Notes under the pieces: model-generated
The model's input: only the letters and a program-made list of their open reading frames with translations
Database searches by the model: none
Told to the model about the DNA's origin: nothing
In this document: in pieces, positions 63,681 to 64,000 of the stretch
Layout of the letters: every line of letters starts with the position of its first letter
Numbering within the stretch: the first letter of the stretch is position 1
Position numbers and translations under genes: made by a program
DNA from: Terriglobales bacterium
GTDB lineage: Bacteria > Acidobacteriota > Terriglobia > Terriglobales > Acidobacteriaceae
Reading direction: 5' to 3'
DNA length: 64,000 bases
Assembly (NCBI GenBank): GCA_049273945.1
Contig: JBASRS010000029.1
Coordinates: forward strand, 1,241 to 65,240

Positions 63681-64000
63681 CGCAGCACACACGCTCGCAG
63701 AAAATTCGTGTTCCCGATGAAGCGCTTCCATCATGGCGGCGGAATTTGTGTCTGGTGGCTCACGACATGAGCCATTCGGCACAGTATTCTGAGAGCAAGT
63801 GAGCGAATCTATAGGTGTCTCAAAAGAGCAGTTTGCCCGCCAAACCAGACGGCCCACCTGCCCTGTTGAAACAGGGCCAGACCCAGACACAGTTTGCACG
63901 GCCGCACCGGTCGCCTTCATAAAGCTGCAATCGGCAACCGGTTGCGTTCGGATAAACGGCACTTCGTCAGGGCCGGCCCAAGGAAAAATCATGTTTCTTG

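Overview
GC-rich bacterial chromosomal segment. The gene content points to Acidobacteriota (inference only): TolB-tailed Ser/Thr kinase relics, an M64 peptidase, a YXWGXW protein, carboxypeptidase-regulatory-like and BACON-like secreted proteins, and many PAS/GAF/STAS/PP2C signalling genes. Most of the window is housekeeping: bfr, mrdA, tsaC, a TrmH-family methyltransferase, rarA, an ECF sigma module, lnt-prfB-HD, an lpxL-like/lpxD cluster, CIRCE-controlled groES-groEL, divergent aceB/aceA, a sigma-54 PAS activator and a CxxxxC flavoprotein oxidoreductase. One tRNA-Ser(GGA) sits next to a decayed integrase/IS110 relic. No rRNA, CRISPR array or intact mobile element is present. The most unusual signal lies in the intergenic DNA. 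(1) At least a dozen period-7 (heptanucleotide) arrays abut stop codons, and many occur as inverted pairs that form long hairpins. One such pair encloses a complete four-helix-bundle (23S-IVS protein / Avd family) gene in its loop. (2) Two REP-like hairpin families are present (GTAGGGAC double hairpin, and CCCAC...GTGGG hairpins), and some copies sit exactly at rearrangement junctions. Other points worth a second look: the canonical prfB +1 frameshift, a 1-nt frameshift in a STAS gene, a relic 3' end of a second groEL, two decayed Ser/Thr kinase genes, and a 1214-aa secreted protein of 639-bp tandem repeats with an invariant vicinal Cys-Cys. There is also an in-frame partial gene duplication, two Asp-less LuxR receivers, and a TPR/Fis-HTH gene apparently co-transcribed with malate synthase. 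All calls come from reading the translations and the sequence by eye; no database search was run.
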